Shown here: positions 1-10,324 of the stretch, in pieces | Layout: each line of letters starts with the position of its first letter | Numbering within the stretch: the stretch's first letter is position 1 | Assembly: GCA_029259115.1 (NCBI GenBank) | Contig: JAPDJO010000029.1 | Location: forward strand, 32,001 to 96,000 | From: Thermoplasmatota archaeon | GTDB taxonomy: Archaea; Thermoplasmatota; E2; DHVEG-1; B18-G2 | Length of the DNA stretch: 64,000 bases | Direction: 5' to 3' | Notes under the pieces: model-generated | What the model was told of the DNA's origin: nothing | Database searches by the model: none | The model's input: only the letters and a program-made list of their open reading frames with translations | Position numbers and translations under genes: made by a program

Positions 1-981
1 CCTGTCATTGCTATAACCGCTGTAAGGACAGGATGTGGAAAATCTCAGGTCTCTAGGAAGATTTTTGAAATACTTTCCAAGAAGGGACTAAGACCTGTTT
101 CAATAAGACATCCTATGCCTTATGACAGGGATCTCAAGACTCAGATAGTTCAAAGATTCTCATCTTACGAAGATCTTGACAGATATAATTGCACCATCGA
201 AGAAAGAGAAGAGTATGAGCCATACATAGACATGGGAGGGATAGTTTATGCAGGCGTTGATTACCAGAGGATACTGGAGAACGCAGAGAGAGAGGCAGAT
301 GTAATAATATGGGATGGAGGCAATAATGACTTTCCCTTTATAAAGCCTGATCTCTGGATTACGGTTGCTGATCCTCATAGAGCTGGTCATGAAATATCAT
401 ACTACCCTGGAGAGGTGAATTTCAGATCAGCAGATGTTATAGTGATAAACAAGGTCAACACAGCAAAAAGAGAGGATGTAGATAAGATAATAGAGAATGC
501 AAAAAAACTGAACCCTAGTGCGAAGATTATAGAGGCAGTATCTGAAATTAAGGTTGATAACCCAGAGATGATCAACGGAAAAAGAGTGTTGGTTATAGAG
601 GATGGACCTACAGTAACGCATGGCGAGATGAACTATGGTGCAGGATACTTTGCAGCTATAGAGAATAACGCAAAGGAAATCGTAGATCCTAGACCTTTTG
701 CAGTTGGTTCAATAGTTGAAACCTTCAAGAAATATCCCCATCTCTCAAAGGTCTTACCAGCTATGGGTTATGGTAAAGAGCAGATAAAGGAGTTAGAAGA
801 AACGATAAACAGATGTGATGCAGATATTGTTGTAAGTGGTACTCCTATAGATCTCAATAGAATACTAAATGTAAATAAACCCATAGTCAGAGTCAGATAT
901 GGAGTTGGTAGAGAGACTGAGAGAAAGATAGAAGAGATCGTTGAGGGTTTCTTAGAGAAGGTGAAGATAAACCTATCTTAG
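1..981 (+). CDS. P-loop protein of the COG2403 / cyclic 2,3-diphosphoglycerate synthetase-like family (5' end outside window)
   Basis: Frame is open from base 1 (PVIAITAVRTGCGKSQ, Walker A). Also WDGGNND, NKV and EDGPTxTHG motifs typical of this family. Confidence 0.75.
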   Translation, partial: PVIAITAVRTGCGKSQVSRKIFEILSKKGLRPVSIRHPMPYDRDLKTQIVQRFSSYEDLDRYNCTIEEREEYEPYIDMGGIVYAGVDYQRILENAEREADVIIWDGGNNDFPFIKPDLWITVADPHRAGHEISYYPGEVNFRSADVIVINKVNTAKREDVDKIIENAKKLNPSAKIIEAVSEIKVDNPEMINGKRVLVIEDGPTVTHGEMNYGAGYFAAIENNAKEIVDPRPFAVGSIVETFKKYPHLSKVLPAMGYGKEQIKELEETINRCDADIVVSGTPIDLNRILNVNKPIVRVRYGVGRETERKIEEIVEGFLEKVKINLS

Positions 982-1932
982 GCTTCTCCCTACAAGAGCA
1001 AACTGAGCCAAGAGGGCTTCAAGCTGTATCCTTTCATTGCTTCCCTCAACCAATCTGAATTCAGCTTCTCCAACCCTCTCTATCAAACTTATCTTCTTAT
1101 CCTCAGGTATAGTGAGATCGTAAATGGTTTGATGAATCTGACTAAGTATATCTTCTCCACTTAGTCCATACTTTGTGAATAGATCCTCTAGAATTTTTCT
1201 TGATGCCATGAACTCTCCTCTCAAAGCCTGCTCAACCAACTCTTTTATCTCCTCAGGTCTTATGGTTGATGTTGAAAGATATACCGTATCTGAATCTATT
1301 TTCTTACTTACTGATGCAGATATCTGGAGGGCATTGATTGCTTTTCTCATGTCTCCCTTCGCCACGAAAGCAATCGCATCTAATGCATCATCTGTTATCT
1401 CTAGTCCCTCTTTTTCAGCTATCATCCTAATATAACTCTTTACATCTTCATCACTTAAAGGTCTGAATCTAAAGATTGCGCATCTAGACTGAATAGGTTC
1501 TATTATCCTAGAAGAGTAATTTGCCGAGAGAATAAATCTACATATGTGGGAGTACATTTCCATAGTTCTTCTTAGGGCTGCTTGAGCATCACTTGTTAGA
1601 GCATCTGCTTCATCAAGAAAGATTATCTTGAAACCAACATCTCCAATAGGTGCCGTTCTTGCAAAATCCTTTATCTTGCCTCTGACAACATTTATTCCTC
1701 TCTCATCACTAGCATTCAATTCATGAAAGTTTTGCTTCCAGGCATCGCCAAAGATTTCTCTGGCTATGGCTATTGCGCAGGTCGTTTTTCCTGTTCCCGC
1801 AGGTCCAGCAAAGAGCAGATGCGGTATATTTTTTGATCTGACATAGGCTGATAATCTTTCTATAATTTCCCTATGTCCAACTATCTCGCTCAGTTTTTTT
1901 GGTCTGTATTTCTCTATCCAGATATCTTCCAT
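973..1932 (-). CDS. rfcS: Replication factor C small subunit
   Basis: WIEKYRP, GPAGTGKT, ELNASDERG, LDEADAL and SRC motifs. Confidence 0.97.
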   Translation of the reverse strand: MEDIWIEKYRPKKLSEIVGHREIIERLSAYVRSKNIPHLLFAGPAGTGKTTCAIAIAREIFGDAWKQNFHELNASDERGINVVRGKIKDFARTAPIGDVGFKIIFLDEADALTSDAQAALRRTMEMYSHICRFILSANYSSRIIEPIQSRCAIFRFRPLSDEDVKSYIRMIAEKEGLEITDDALDAIAFVAKGDMRKAINALQISASVSKKIDSDTVYLSTSTIRPEEIKELVEQALRGEFMASRKILEDLFTKYGLSGEDILSQIHQTIYDLTIPEDKKISLIERVGEAEFRLVEGSNERIQLEALLAQFALVGRSLR

Positions 1933-1984
1933 CGGTAGTAAAATGTCATAACATTTTTAATAATCTTCCATTTACCTTCTTACC

Positions 1985-3334
1985 ATGCCCTTTATTCCAA
2001 ATTCATCATTGAAAAAGGAGATGCTGAAAGAGATCGGATTAAGGAGCATAGATGAACTATTTTCTGATATTCCCGAAGAAATTAGGATAAATGATCTCAA
2101 CTTACCTGAAGGATTAACCGAAGAGGAGGTTGTAAAAAAACTCAGGGAGATATCCAAGAAGAATAAACCCTTTCCGGATGTGCTTTCTTTCTTGGGCGGA
2201 GGAGTGAAACCTCATTATGTACCATCTGCTGTAAAGCATATTCTCATGAGATCTGAGTTTTATACCTCATACACTCCTTATCAGCCAGAAGCTTCACAGG
2301 GCTTTCTGCAAGCGATGTTCGAGTATCAAAGCATAATAGCGGAGCTGACAGGTATGGATATAGCCAATTGCTCTCTCTATGATATGTCAACGTCTCTGGG
2401 AGAAGCGGTTAGGATGTGTATGAGAATAAATAGGAAAAGAAGGGTACTGATTCCCAGAAATTTATCGTGGGAGAGGAAATCTGTTTTGGGAAATTATATC
2501 AGAGGATTGAATGCAGAAATAGTAGAGATAGATTATGATAGAGAAACTGGAAGAGTAAATACCTCAGATTTGGAAAAAAAGATAAATGGTGACGCATGCT
2601 GTTTATACATAGAAAATCCAAATTATTTTGGGATATTTGAGGAAGATATTGATGAGATATCAGAAATGACTCACAAAAGAGGAGTTCTTCTCATAGCTGG
2701 AGTAGATCTTTTATCGTTAGCTCTAGTGAAACCTCCGGGAGATTATAATGCTGATATTGCCATAAGTGAGGGTAGAACTTATGGTACAACCATGAATATG
2801 GGTGGATCCTCACTCGGAATATTTGCATGCAAGAAGGAGTTTCTCAGAAATATGCCTGGAAGGATAATAGGTTTAACCCATGATTTAGATGGAAATAGAG
2901 CATTTTGTATGACTCTCCAAACAAGAGAACAACACATAAGAAGAGAAAGGGCGACTAGCAACATATGTACAAATGAATCACTAAATGCATTAGCTACTTT
3001 AATTTACATCTCTCTCCTAGGAAGTAAAGGACTTGTTGATCTAGCAAAAAGAAACTTAGAGAATGCCAGAAAGTTGTATGAGAAATTGATCTCTCTTCCA
3101 TGGTTCAAACCTGCATTCTCTGGAAGATACTTCAACGAGTTCGTTCTTAGATCATCTCAAGATGTGTACTATATGAACAGAGAACTTTTGAAAAGAGACA
3201 TAATTGCTGGTTTACCTCTTGAAAAGCATTTCCCTGAGCTTGAGAGATGCATGCTATTCGGAATAACAGAAGTCTACAGCGAAGAAGATATGGACAAACT
3301 TGTGAGAGCAATAAAGGAGGTGTATCATGTATAG
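1985..3334 (+). CDS. gcvPA: Glycine cleavage system P protein, subunit 1
   Basis: YTPYQPEASQG and LQTREQHIRRERATSNICTN motifs. Confidence 0.96.
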   Translation: MPFIPNSSLKKEMLKEIGLRSIDELFSDIPEEIRINDLNLPEGLTEEEVVKKLREISKKNKPFPDVLSFLGGGVKPHYVPSAVKHILMRSEFYTSYTPYQPEASQGFLQAMFEYQSIIAELTGMDIANCSLYDMSTSLGEAVRMCMRINRKRRVLIPRNLSWERKSVLGNYIRGLNAEIVEIDYDRETGRVNTSDLEKKINGDACCLYIENPNYFGIFEEDIDEISEMTHKRGVLLIAGVDLLSLALVKPPGDYNADIAISEGRTYGTTMNMGGSSLGIFACKKEFLRNMPGRIIGLTHDLDGNRAFCMTLQTREQHIRRERATSNICTNESLNALATLIYISLLGSKGLVDLAKRNLENARKLYEKLISLPWFKPAFSGRYFNEFVLRSSQDVYYMNRELLKRDIIAGLPLEKHFPELERCMLFGITEVYSEEDMDKLVRAIKEVYHV

Positions 3335-4763
3335 GTTTGCAAGGTTCGATGAACCTCTGCTAAACAAGCTTCCCCAGAAAAAGGTAGAGATAGATGTTTA
3401 TCACCCTTCTATCCCAGATAAATTAAGGAGAAAACGTCCTCCAAACATACCAAATTTGGAAGAGCAACAGGTAGTTAGACATTTCTTTAGACTTAGTCAG
3501 ATGAATTATGGCATAGAAAATGGGATGTATCCTCTTGGCTCCTGCACAATGAAGTATAATCCAAAGATATGCGAAGATATAGCAAGTTGGAGAGAGTTTA
3601 CAGATATTCACCCATATCAGGATGAATCTACATTTCAAGGGACTCTCGAGATGCTTTATGAATTGGAAGCGATGCTAAAAGAGATAACCGGCATGGATGC
3701 ATTCTCTTTCCAGCCTGCTGCGGGTGCACATGGTGAATTTCTTGGGATGTTACTTGTTAGAGCGTATCACGAATTTAATGGAGATACTGACAGGAAAGAA
3801 GTGATAATTCCAGATACAGCTCACGGGACAAATCCAGCCTCAGCCAAGATGGCAGGATTCGATGTCATCGAGATACCCTCGAATAATGAAGGCACTGTGG
3901 ATCTAGAAGCTTTGAGAAAAGTTCTTTCAGATAAAACAGCAGCCCTGATGCTGACAAATCCGAATACCCTTGGTATATTTGAATCCGATATACTAGAAAT
4001 TGAGAAGATGGTTCACGATGCAGGTGCACTTCTCTACTACGATGGTGCAAATCTCAATGCAATCCTTGGAAAAGCTAGACCTGGAGATATGGGCTTCGAC
4101 ATAGTTCATCTCAATTTTCATAAGACTTTTGCTACCCCACATGGTGGTGGTGGACCTGGGGCTGGACCTGTTGGGGTAAAAGAGAGTCTTGAGAAGTTTT
4201 TGCCTGTGCCAAGGATAAAAAAGGATGGAAAGAGGTATGTTTTAGATTATGATAAACCTTATTCCATAGGGAAAATAAGAGATTTCTATGGAAATATAGA
4301 GGTTTGTATCAAAGCTTACGTTTATCTTTTGATGATGGGTAAAAGCCTGAAAGAGGTAGCAGAGATTTCTGTTTTAAATTCAAATTACATGAAGGAGAAG
4401 CTGAAAAAATCTGGTTTCTACGAGTTACCATATAAAGATCTAAGGAAACATGAGTTTGTCGTAAGTTGCGAGAAACTTCTAAGAGAGAAAGGGATAAGAG
4501 CGCTCGATGTGGCAAAGAGATTGCTTGATTATGGTATGCATCCTCCAACCATATACTTTCCCCTAATAGTCAAAGAGGCTCTTATGATAGAGCCTACAGA
4601 GACAGAAACCAAGGAAGATATAGATGCTTATGTTGATGCTCTCATATCTATAGCTAAGGAAGATCCGGAAGTAGTAAGATCAGCTCCGAGTAAAACGCCT
4701 GTTAAGAGGGTAGATGAAGCAAGCGCAGCAAAGAACCCAGTTTTAACTTGGAAGGACATCTAA
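3327..4763 (+). CDS. gcvPB: Glycine cleavage system P protein, subunit 2
   Basis: PLGSCTMKYNP and HLNFHKTFATPHGGGGPG (PLP lysine); overlaps gcvPA. Confidence 0.96.
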   Translation: MYRFARFDEPLLNKLPQKKVEIDVYHPSIPDKLRRKRPPNIPNLEEQQVVRHFFRLSQMNYGIENGMYPLGSCTMKYNPKICEDIASWREFTDIHPYQDESTFQGTLEMLYELEAMLKEITGMDAFSFQPAAGAHGEFLGMLLVRAYHEFNGDTDRKEVIIPDTAHGTNPASAKMAGFDVIEIPSNNEGTVDLEALRKVLSDKTAALMLTNPNTLGIFESDILEIEKMVHDAGALLYYDGANLNAILGKARPGDMGFDIVHLNFHKTFATPHGGGGPGAGPVGVKESLEKFLPVPRIKKDGKRYVLDYDKPYSIGKIRDFYGNIEVCIKAYVYLLMMGKSLKEVAEISVLNSNYMKEKLKKSGFYELPYKDLRKHEFVVSCEKLLREKGIRALDVAKRLLDYGMHPPTIYFPLIVKEALMIEPTETETKEDIDAYVDALISIAKEDPEVVRSAPSKTPVKRVDEASAAKNPVLTWKDI

Positions 4764-5607
4764 TAGGAAACATCCATCGAAGGTAAGTGTTTCTGATTTC
4801 GCCACCATTGTCTATACTATCTCCACTATTTTCACCAACGTTTATCGTAAAGTGGGCAATCTCTATGTTTCCAATGGTTTTTGCAACGATTCTTATCCTA
4901 ATTGTGTACCTTCCTTCATCTCTGTATTTGTGGGAAATTTCTCCAGATTTGCTTACACTTTGAGGGCCTACTATGCTTCTGCTTCCGTCTCCCCAATCTA
5001 TGACATATGTTACATACTTAGGTAACTTGCTTTCTATATCTTGAGGTACAGGTTTTCCAAGTTTTGCACATACTACGCCAGCAATAACCAGATTGGAATA
5101 GTAGAGGTTTATCTGGAGGTTCTCTAAAATGCCGTATATCCCAAGGAACGCAAAGACATCCCAGTAAAAGATCTTGTCCATTTTTACAGGATACTCTAAT
5201 CTTCCACTTGCATCTTTCATAAAGGTCTTCATATCTAGATTCTTTCCCTCCTTGGCGCCTTGCATACGGTATACGCCAATCACTCCGACATCTGGAGGAG
5301 AGAAGAGATCATCTTCTATTAAATCCACGTTGTAATCCACGTGCATACTGAAATCTCCTGATACTGATTTCGTTATAACCCCTATGGTTCCTCCCATTAA
5401 CTTTGTTCCTTCTACACTAGCACTCACAAGTTTTCTATCTCCGTCTATAATTACTGATCCTATCTTTATCTCATCATCTCCTGTTGTTGGATTTGGTTTT
5501 ATATGATTGATAACTGAAGTGGACCTGTGATTTGCTCCCACAGAGAGTGTTGAAAAAACTAGTATGCATACTATAAAAACACCCAATATCCCCCTCATTT
5601 TTATCAT
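4702..5607 (-). CDS. Secreted protein with C-terminal PKD-like domain
   Basis: N-terminal signal peptide; YVIDWGDGS...SHKY..EGRYTI PKD signature. Confidence 0.65.
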   Translation of the reverse strand: MIKMRGILGVFIVCILVFSTLSVGANHRSTSVINHIKPNPTTGDDEIKIGSVIIDGDRKLVSASVEGTKLMGGTIGVITKSVSGDFSMHVDYNVDLIEDDLFSPPDVGVIGVYRMQGAKEGKNLDMKTFMKDASGRLEYPVKMDKIFYWDVFAFLGIYGILENLQINLYYSNLVIAGVVCAKLGKPVPQDIESKLPKYVTYVIDWGDGSRSIVGPQSVSKSGEISHKYRDEGRYTIRIRIVAKTIGNIEIAHFTINVGENSGDSIDNGGEIRNTYLRWMFPIRCPSKLKLGSLLRLLHLPS

Positions 5608-5697
5608 AAATCCAATAATTTTACTTGTATAAATATTTAATCCTTCTTATCTTAGAAGATGCACTACGAAAACATTTAATTACTGGATAAATCTTAC

Positions 5698-7083
5698 ATG
5701 TTAAGGAATAACATGGGGGAAATATCGTTTGATGAGTATATTAAAAAGTTTGACAGACTGGAATCCAGATATATACCTCCTAAAGAGGAGTGGCTACCTC
5801 CTGATGAGGCTCTATATGGAGTGAAAGATATATATAGAGTTCCCCTAGAGAAGGCAAAGAAGCTGAGATTTAAAGCCATAAAATACACATTTAAGCATCA
5901 CTACGAAAATAATAAGTTTTATAGAAACCTCTGTAAAGAGAAAAACGTATCCCCAGATGATATCAAAAGCGAGGAAGATTTTCTGAAGATACCTCTCTTA
6001 CCTGATAAATTCTTCAAGAATTATCCTGAGGGAAAGGAGTTCGCATTCTGGATAGCAAATATATATACAGGCGATTTACCCAGCATTTTCATAAAGAAAA
6101 AGAACCCAAAGATAGATGATATAATAAGGGAGTTTAACAGAAAAGGATTGAGAATAGCATACAGCAGCGGAACAAGCGGAAGGCACACGTTCATACCAAG
6201 GGATGAAAGAACGTTTAATAGAGCCGTCTATGGTGGAGCGAAAGGATTTGTATCAATGGCCTATCCAAGATGGGATTTTGATAAAATCCATGGGTATCTC
6301 TCCTTGTATGCAAGAAATATAAACTTATTTGCAGGAATGATGGGAGGCATTTTTACTGATATGCTGAAATACATTGACTATGGATTTGTTTTGAATATAG
6401 AGGTAACAACAGATATACTACAAGCTGCGATGAGAGGAAGGAGGAACATTCTCATAAGATTAGCATCGCTTTACATAGACTGGAGGAGAACTAGGAAGTT
6501 TATAGAGTGGTTGAAGGAGAGAGATAGGGATAAAGACGATATCGCTCTACTTGGAGCACCATTCTTCCTGAACCATATCATGAGTCTGTTGGAGAAGAAA
6601 GGACTATCTTTTGATTTCGGAGATAAAAGCTTTGTTGTTACCGGCGGCGGCTGGAAAATCAGAGAAAATGTAAGAATAACAACCAAAGAGTTTAGGGATA
6701 GAGTGGAGAAGGTTTTGGGTATACCTCATACCAATTGTTTAGACGCTTACGGAATGGTAGAAGGTAATGGCTTTATGTTCCACTGTCCAGAGGGGCATTA
6801 CTTACATATACCCTACTCGTATTACTACCCAATAATCATTGGTAAGGATGGAGAGCCTGCTGGATATGGAGAGACTGGAAGATTTGCATTTCTGGATGCT
6901 CTCGCTACTAGTTACCCAGGATTCATAATCTCAGGTGACGAAGTCAAACTTCTAGAGCACTGTCCAGTCTGTGATAGACCTGGTCCGGTTTTAGAGCCTG
7001 AGATAAAAAGAGCAAAAGGAGAAGAGGTAAGAGGTTGTGCTGAAGAGGTAAGAAGGATGTTGTCCATAGGTTCAGGTGATTAA
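5698..7083 (+). CDS. LuxE-family acyl-protein synthetase (paralog 1)
   Basis: SSGTSG adenylation loop, TGGGWK, YGMVE, SYPGFIISGD and C-terminal EVRGC. Confidence 0.85.
   Translation: MLRNNMGEISFDEYIKKFDRLESRYIPPKEEWLPPDEALYGVKDIYRVPLEKAKKLRFKAIKYTFKHHYENNKFYRNLCKEKNVSPDDIKSEEDFLKIPLLPDKFFKNYPEGKEFAFWIANIYTGDLPSIFIKKKNPKIDDIIREFNRKGLRIAYSSGTSGRHTFIPRDERTFNRAVYGGAKGFVSMAYPRWDFDKIHGYLSLYARNINLFAGMMGGIFTDMLKYIDYGFVLNIEVTTDILQAAMRGRRNILIRLASLYIDWRRTRKFIEWLKERDRDKDDIALLGAPFFLNHIMSLLEKKGLSFDFGDKSFVVTGGGWKIRENVRITTKEFRDRVEKVLGIPHTNCLDAYGMVEGNGFMFHCPEGHYLHIPYSYYYPIIIGKDGEPAGYGETGRFAFLDALATSYPGFIISGDEVKLLEHCPVCDRPGPVLEPEIKRAKGEEVRGCAEEVRRMLSIGSGD
6932..7052 (+). repeat. Near-identical 3' segment of LuxE paralogs, copy 1
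   Basis: 6932-7047 matches 9301-9416 at 112/116 nt; 6961-7052 matches 11567-11658 at 90/92 nt (manual alignment). Confidence 0.9.
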
Positions 7084-8068
7084 AATGGAAGATGACATGG
7101 AAGAGGTTGTTTCAAAAAAACTAAAGCTGATAATGTTCAAAGGAATGATAGCTCTGGGATGGGTTCTTTTGACTAATATAGGAACATTCAGAAGAATGGG
7201 TAAAGTTGCGAAGGAAGTGAAATACGTTAGACCTCCAAGGAGGTATGATATTCCTAAATACAAAGAAGGAATGAAGGTTTGCGAGTCTGATGAAAAATAT
7301 CTCAGACCCACTCCTTACTGCAACTATAGAGTACCAGAGATAATAGCTCTAGCTAATGAGCTTGGAGCATTCAAAAAATCAGACTACGAGTATGCCAAAT
7401 CAGTATTCGAATTTGTTAAGAGGAACATTATCTTGGAATTTCTACCAATGGATGATGCTAGAGATACTCTTCTAAGAGGTACAGGGACATGCATCCATAA
7501 AATCTCTTTGTTCATCGCTCTATGCAGAGCTGCAGGCATAAAGGCCAGATATAAATTGTATGCACCAATAATGACGCAAGCCTGGTATGATCATCTGATA
7601 GGAGCTGATCCTCTGGCTCAGCAGTGGTATAATGCTATGGGATACTTCTTACTACATGGTGAAGGAGAAGTTTACATAGATGGAAAATGGATAGTAGCTG
7701 ATGTAGGTCCAACTCCAGAAAGGCAGGCAGCACAGGGGATACCTATAACAAAATTCGGGGAAGATTCAATCGGAACTTGGTTTTATGCAGTGCCTAACAC
7801 TATAACAAAAGTAGAATCCATAACCTCTCTAGGTTTAGGAGGAAAAATGACGAGACCTCTCTTAAGAGTTTTCATGAATAAAATAGCAAAAGTACCTCTT
7901 GCTAGACTGAATAACAGTATTCTCGAGCAAATAGAGAGAGGAAAAAAGATATTAGAAGAAATGGGTGAAGAAGAATATGATAAAAAAGCAAGAGAGAAAT
8001 ACAAACCAATGATGTTAAAGCCAGAATTGTTGGAAAGAAAACCTGGATTAAGATTTAAAGGAGAGTGA
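7076..8068 (+). CDS. Transglutaminase-like (Cys-His-Asp) protein
   Basis: GTCIHKISLFIALCRAAGIKAR, then HGEGEVYIDGKWIVAD; overlaps the stop of LuxE paralog 1. Confidence 0.85.
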   Translation: MIKMEDDMEEVVSKKLKLIMFKGMIALGWVLLTNIGTFRRMGKVAKEVKYVRPPRRYDIPKYKEGMKVCESDEKYLRPTPYCNYRVPEIIALANELGAFKKSDYEYAKSVFEFVKRNIILEFLPMDDARDTLLRGTGTCIHKISLFIALCRAAGIKARYKLYAPIMTQAWYDHLIGADPLAQQWYNAMGYFLLHGEGEVYIDGKWIVADVGPTPERQAAQGIPITKFGEDSIGTWFYAVPNTITKVESITSLGLGGKMTRPLLRVFMNKIAKVPLARLNNSILEQIERGKKILEEMGEEEYDKKAREKYKPMMLKPELLERKPGLRFKGE

Positions 8069-8072
8069 TACC

Positions 8073-9449
8073 ATGAAAGATTTTGATGAGTATATTGAGA
8101 AATTTGAAAAAATCATGAAGAAATATAAGATACCAAGATCGAAATGGACACCACAAGATGAGGTTGTATACTCCCCAAAAGATCCTTTTAGAGTACCACC
8201 AAAGGAGGCGGAAGAATTAAGATTCAAAGCCCTGAAATACTCTTTTGCACATCACTATAAGAACAATACATTTTACAACAAACTATGTAAAGAAAAAGGG
8301 ATCAAACCGGATGACATAAAGAAACCGTCTGATCTTACCAAAATACCTCTCATACCAGATAAATTTTTCAAGGATTATCCAGAGGATGGTAAATCCTTTG
8401 CCATGTGGTTGAGCAATATTTATACAGGAAAACTTCCAGAGATCTACATCAAAAAGAGAAATCCAAAGACAGAGGATGTTATAGATGACTTCAACACCTC
8501 GGGTCTAACAGTTACATTGAGTAGTGGAACGAGTGGAAGACACACGTTCATACCAAGAGATGCCGATACAATAAGGAGAGCAAGCTACTCAATAGCAAAG
8601 AATGTAGTTTCGATGCTCTATCCTTTTTGGGAATACAATATGACAATGTATAAACAAACAGATCCATCTGGAACAAATCTCTGGGTTGGAAAATCTGGAG
8701 CAGTTATTACAGAGATAGTAAAAGAGGCAAGGGTAGGAACAAAAATAAAGATAACTCCAAAGATGGTTAGATTGAGTATGGGAGGAGCAAGAAATTTCAT
8801 AGAGAGAATTGAGAGCAAAATTATTAGATCGATTGCTAAGAGACACAGGGAGAAAATGATTGATGATTTTATAAATCTGTTAGAAGAAATGGAAAAGAGG
8901 GGGACAAAACTAGGTCTTATAGTTCAACCTTCTTTCATGAACATGATCATGAAAGTTCTAGAGAGGAGGGGACTAAGTTTTGACTTCAGTGAAAATGGAG
9001 CAATGTTGACAGGCGGTGGCTGGAAAATAAGTGAGAACGAAAGGATACCACACAAGGAGTACAGGGAGAGAGTAGGAAAGTATCTTTCTATACCAGAGGA
9101 AAGAATACTGGATGTCTATGGAATGGTTGAATGCAATACCGGAATGATACAATGCCCTGAAGGACATTACCTGCATATTCCCTACACTCAAATATATCCG
9201 ATGGTACTTGATGAAAATCTAGAACCCAAAGGATATGGAGAAGTCGGTAGATTTGCATTTTTGGAAGTCACAGCAAGCAGCTATCCGAGCTTCATAATAA
9301 CAGGTGACGAAGTCAAACTTCTAGAGCACTGCCCAGTCTGTGATAGACCTGGTCCGGTTCTAGAGCCTGAGATAAAGAGAGCAAAGGGAGAAGAGGTAAG
9401 AGGTTGTGCTGAAGAGATGAGGAGATTATTCTCTATTAGTGAGGATTGA
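8073..9449 (+). CDS. LuxE-family acyl-protein synthetase (paralog 2)
   Basis: SSGTSG, TGGGWK, YGMVE, SYPSFIITGD and EVRGC. Confidence 0.85.
   Translation: MKDFDEYIEKFEKIMKKYKIPRSKWTPQDEVVYSPKDPFRVPPKEAEELRFKALKYSFAHHYKNNTFYNKLCKEKGIKPDDIKKPSDLTKIPLIPDKFFKDYPEDGKSFAMWLSNIYTGKLPEIYIKKRNPKTEDVIDDFNTSGLTVTLSSGTSGRHTFIPRDADTIRRASYSIAKNVVSMLYPFWEYNMTMYKQTDPSGTNLWVGKSGAVITEIVKEARVGTKIKITPKMVRLSMGGARNFIERIESKIIRSIAKRHREKMIDDFINLLEEMEKRGTKLGLIVQPSFMNMIMKVLERRGLSFDFSENGAMLTGGGWKISENERIPHKEYRERVGKYLSIPEERILDVYGMVECNTGMIQCPEGHYLHIPYTQIYPMVLDENLEPKGYGEVGRFAFLEVTASSYPSFIITGDEVKLLEHCPVCDRPGPVLEPEIKRAKGEEVRGCAEEMRRLFSISED
9301..9416 (+). repeat. Near-identical 3' segment of LuxE paralogs, copy 2
   Basis: 4 synonymous differences from copy 1 over 116 nt. 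Confidence 0.9.
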
Positions 9450-10239
9450 TACTGAGAAATTCTAAAGATATCATAAATATCCCTAGAACTGCAAGTAGAA
9501 CAGATATCGCTTTCATTAGTATATCTTCTGGAGAGGCATTTGCAAATTTGGCACTCAGATTTCCGCTTATTGCTGCTCCTATTCCAACAACTAATCCGCT
9601 GATTAAATCTACATTCCCATACATGGCATGAGCGAATGTAGCGAATAGAGCTGTTAGTGCCATGAGGAATGCTGCACCTCCAACAGCTTTATGCAACGGT
9701 AAATTAAAAACTAATAACAAGATAACAAAAAACCATATACCTCCAGTCGCACCGAATATGCTTGCTATCACACCTACCCACAGACCGATGCCAATTCCTA
9801 TAATTAATTTCAGATTTCTACTCTTTACGTTAAATATCGCACCAAATCTCTTCACCACCTCTTCCCTATCAAAGCCTTTCCTCCAGAGATATACACTCAT
9901 GAAAATTAAAACTATGCCGAATAAACCCCTAAGTTGAGCTTCTGGAGTTTTGAATGCTAATAATGCCCCTATCTGTGAACCTGGTATAGCTCCAAGAATG
10001 AGCCATATACAGGGTTGAAAATCTATATTCCTATTTCTGTAGTACACAGATGATACAACAGATGAGGCTATGAAGCTAGCAAGAAGCGTTGTCCCTATCG
10101 ATTCGTGAATCGAAAAACCTAAAAGAAGATAGAGCAAAGATATCATCACCACTGCGCCGCTGGCTCCGACTAAACCTATTATAATTCCCGCAAAAGAACC
10201 TATTCCAAGCATTATCGCTAAATCCATTGCAGATATCAT
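9436..10239 (-). CDS. TauE/SafE (TSUP) family membrane transporter
   Basis: Two internal repeats of a G-rich TM pattern (GLVGASGA / SIFGATGG); about 8 hydrophobic segments. Confidence 0.8.
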   Translation of the reverse strand: MISAMDLAIMLGIGSFAGIIIGLVGASGAVVMISLLYLLLGFSIHESIGTTLLASFIASSVVSSVYYRNRNIDFQPCIWLILGAIPGSQIGALLAFKTPEAQLRGLFGIVLIFMSVYLWRKGFDREEVVKRFGAIFNVKSRNLKLIIGIGIGLWVGVIASIFGATGGIWFFVILLLVFNLPLHKAVGGAAFLMALTALFATFAHAMYGNVDLISGLVVGIGAAISGNLSAKFANASPEDILMKAISVLLAVLGIFMISLEFLSINPH

Positions 10240-10324
10240 TTTGCTGCAAGGTATCTCTATGGATGTTTAAAGAGGTTTGCAAGGTGGAAACTAATATAAA
10301 ATGCATGTGTTTTACTGTAAGGAA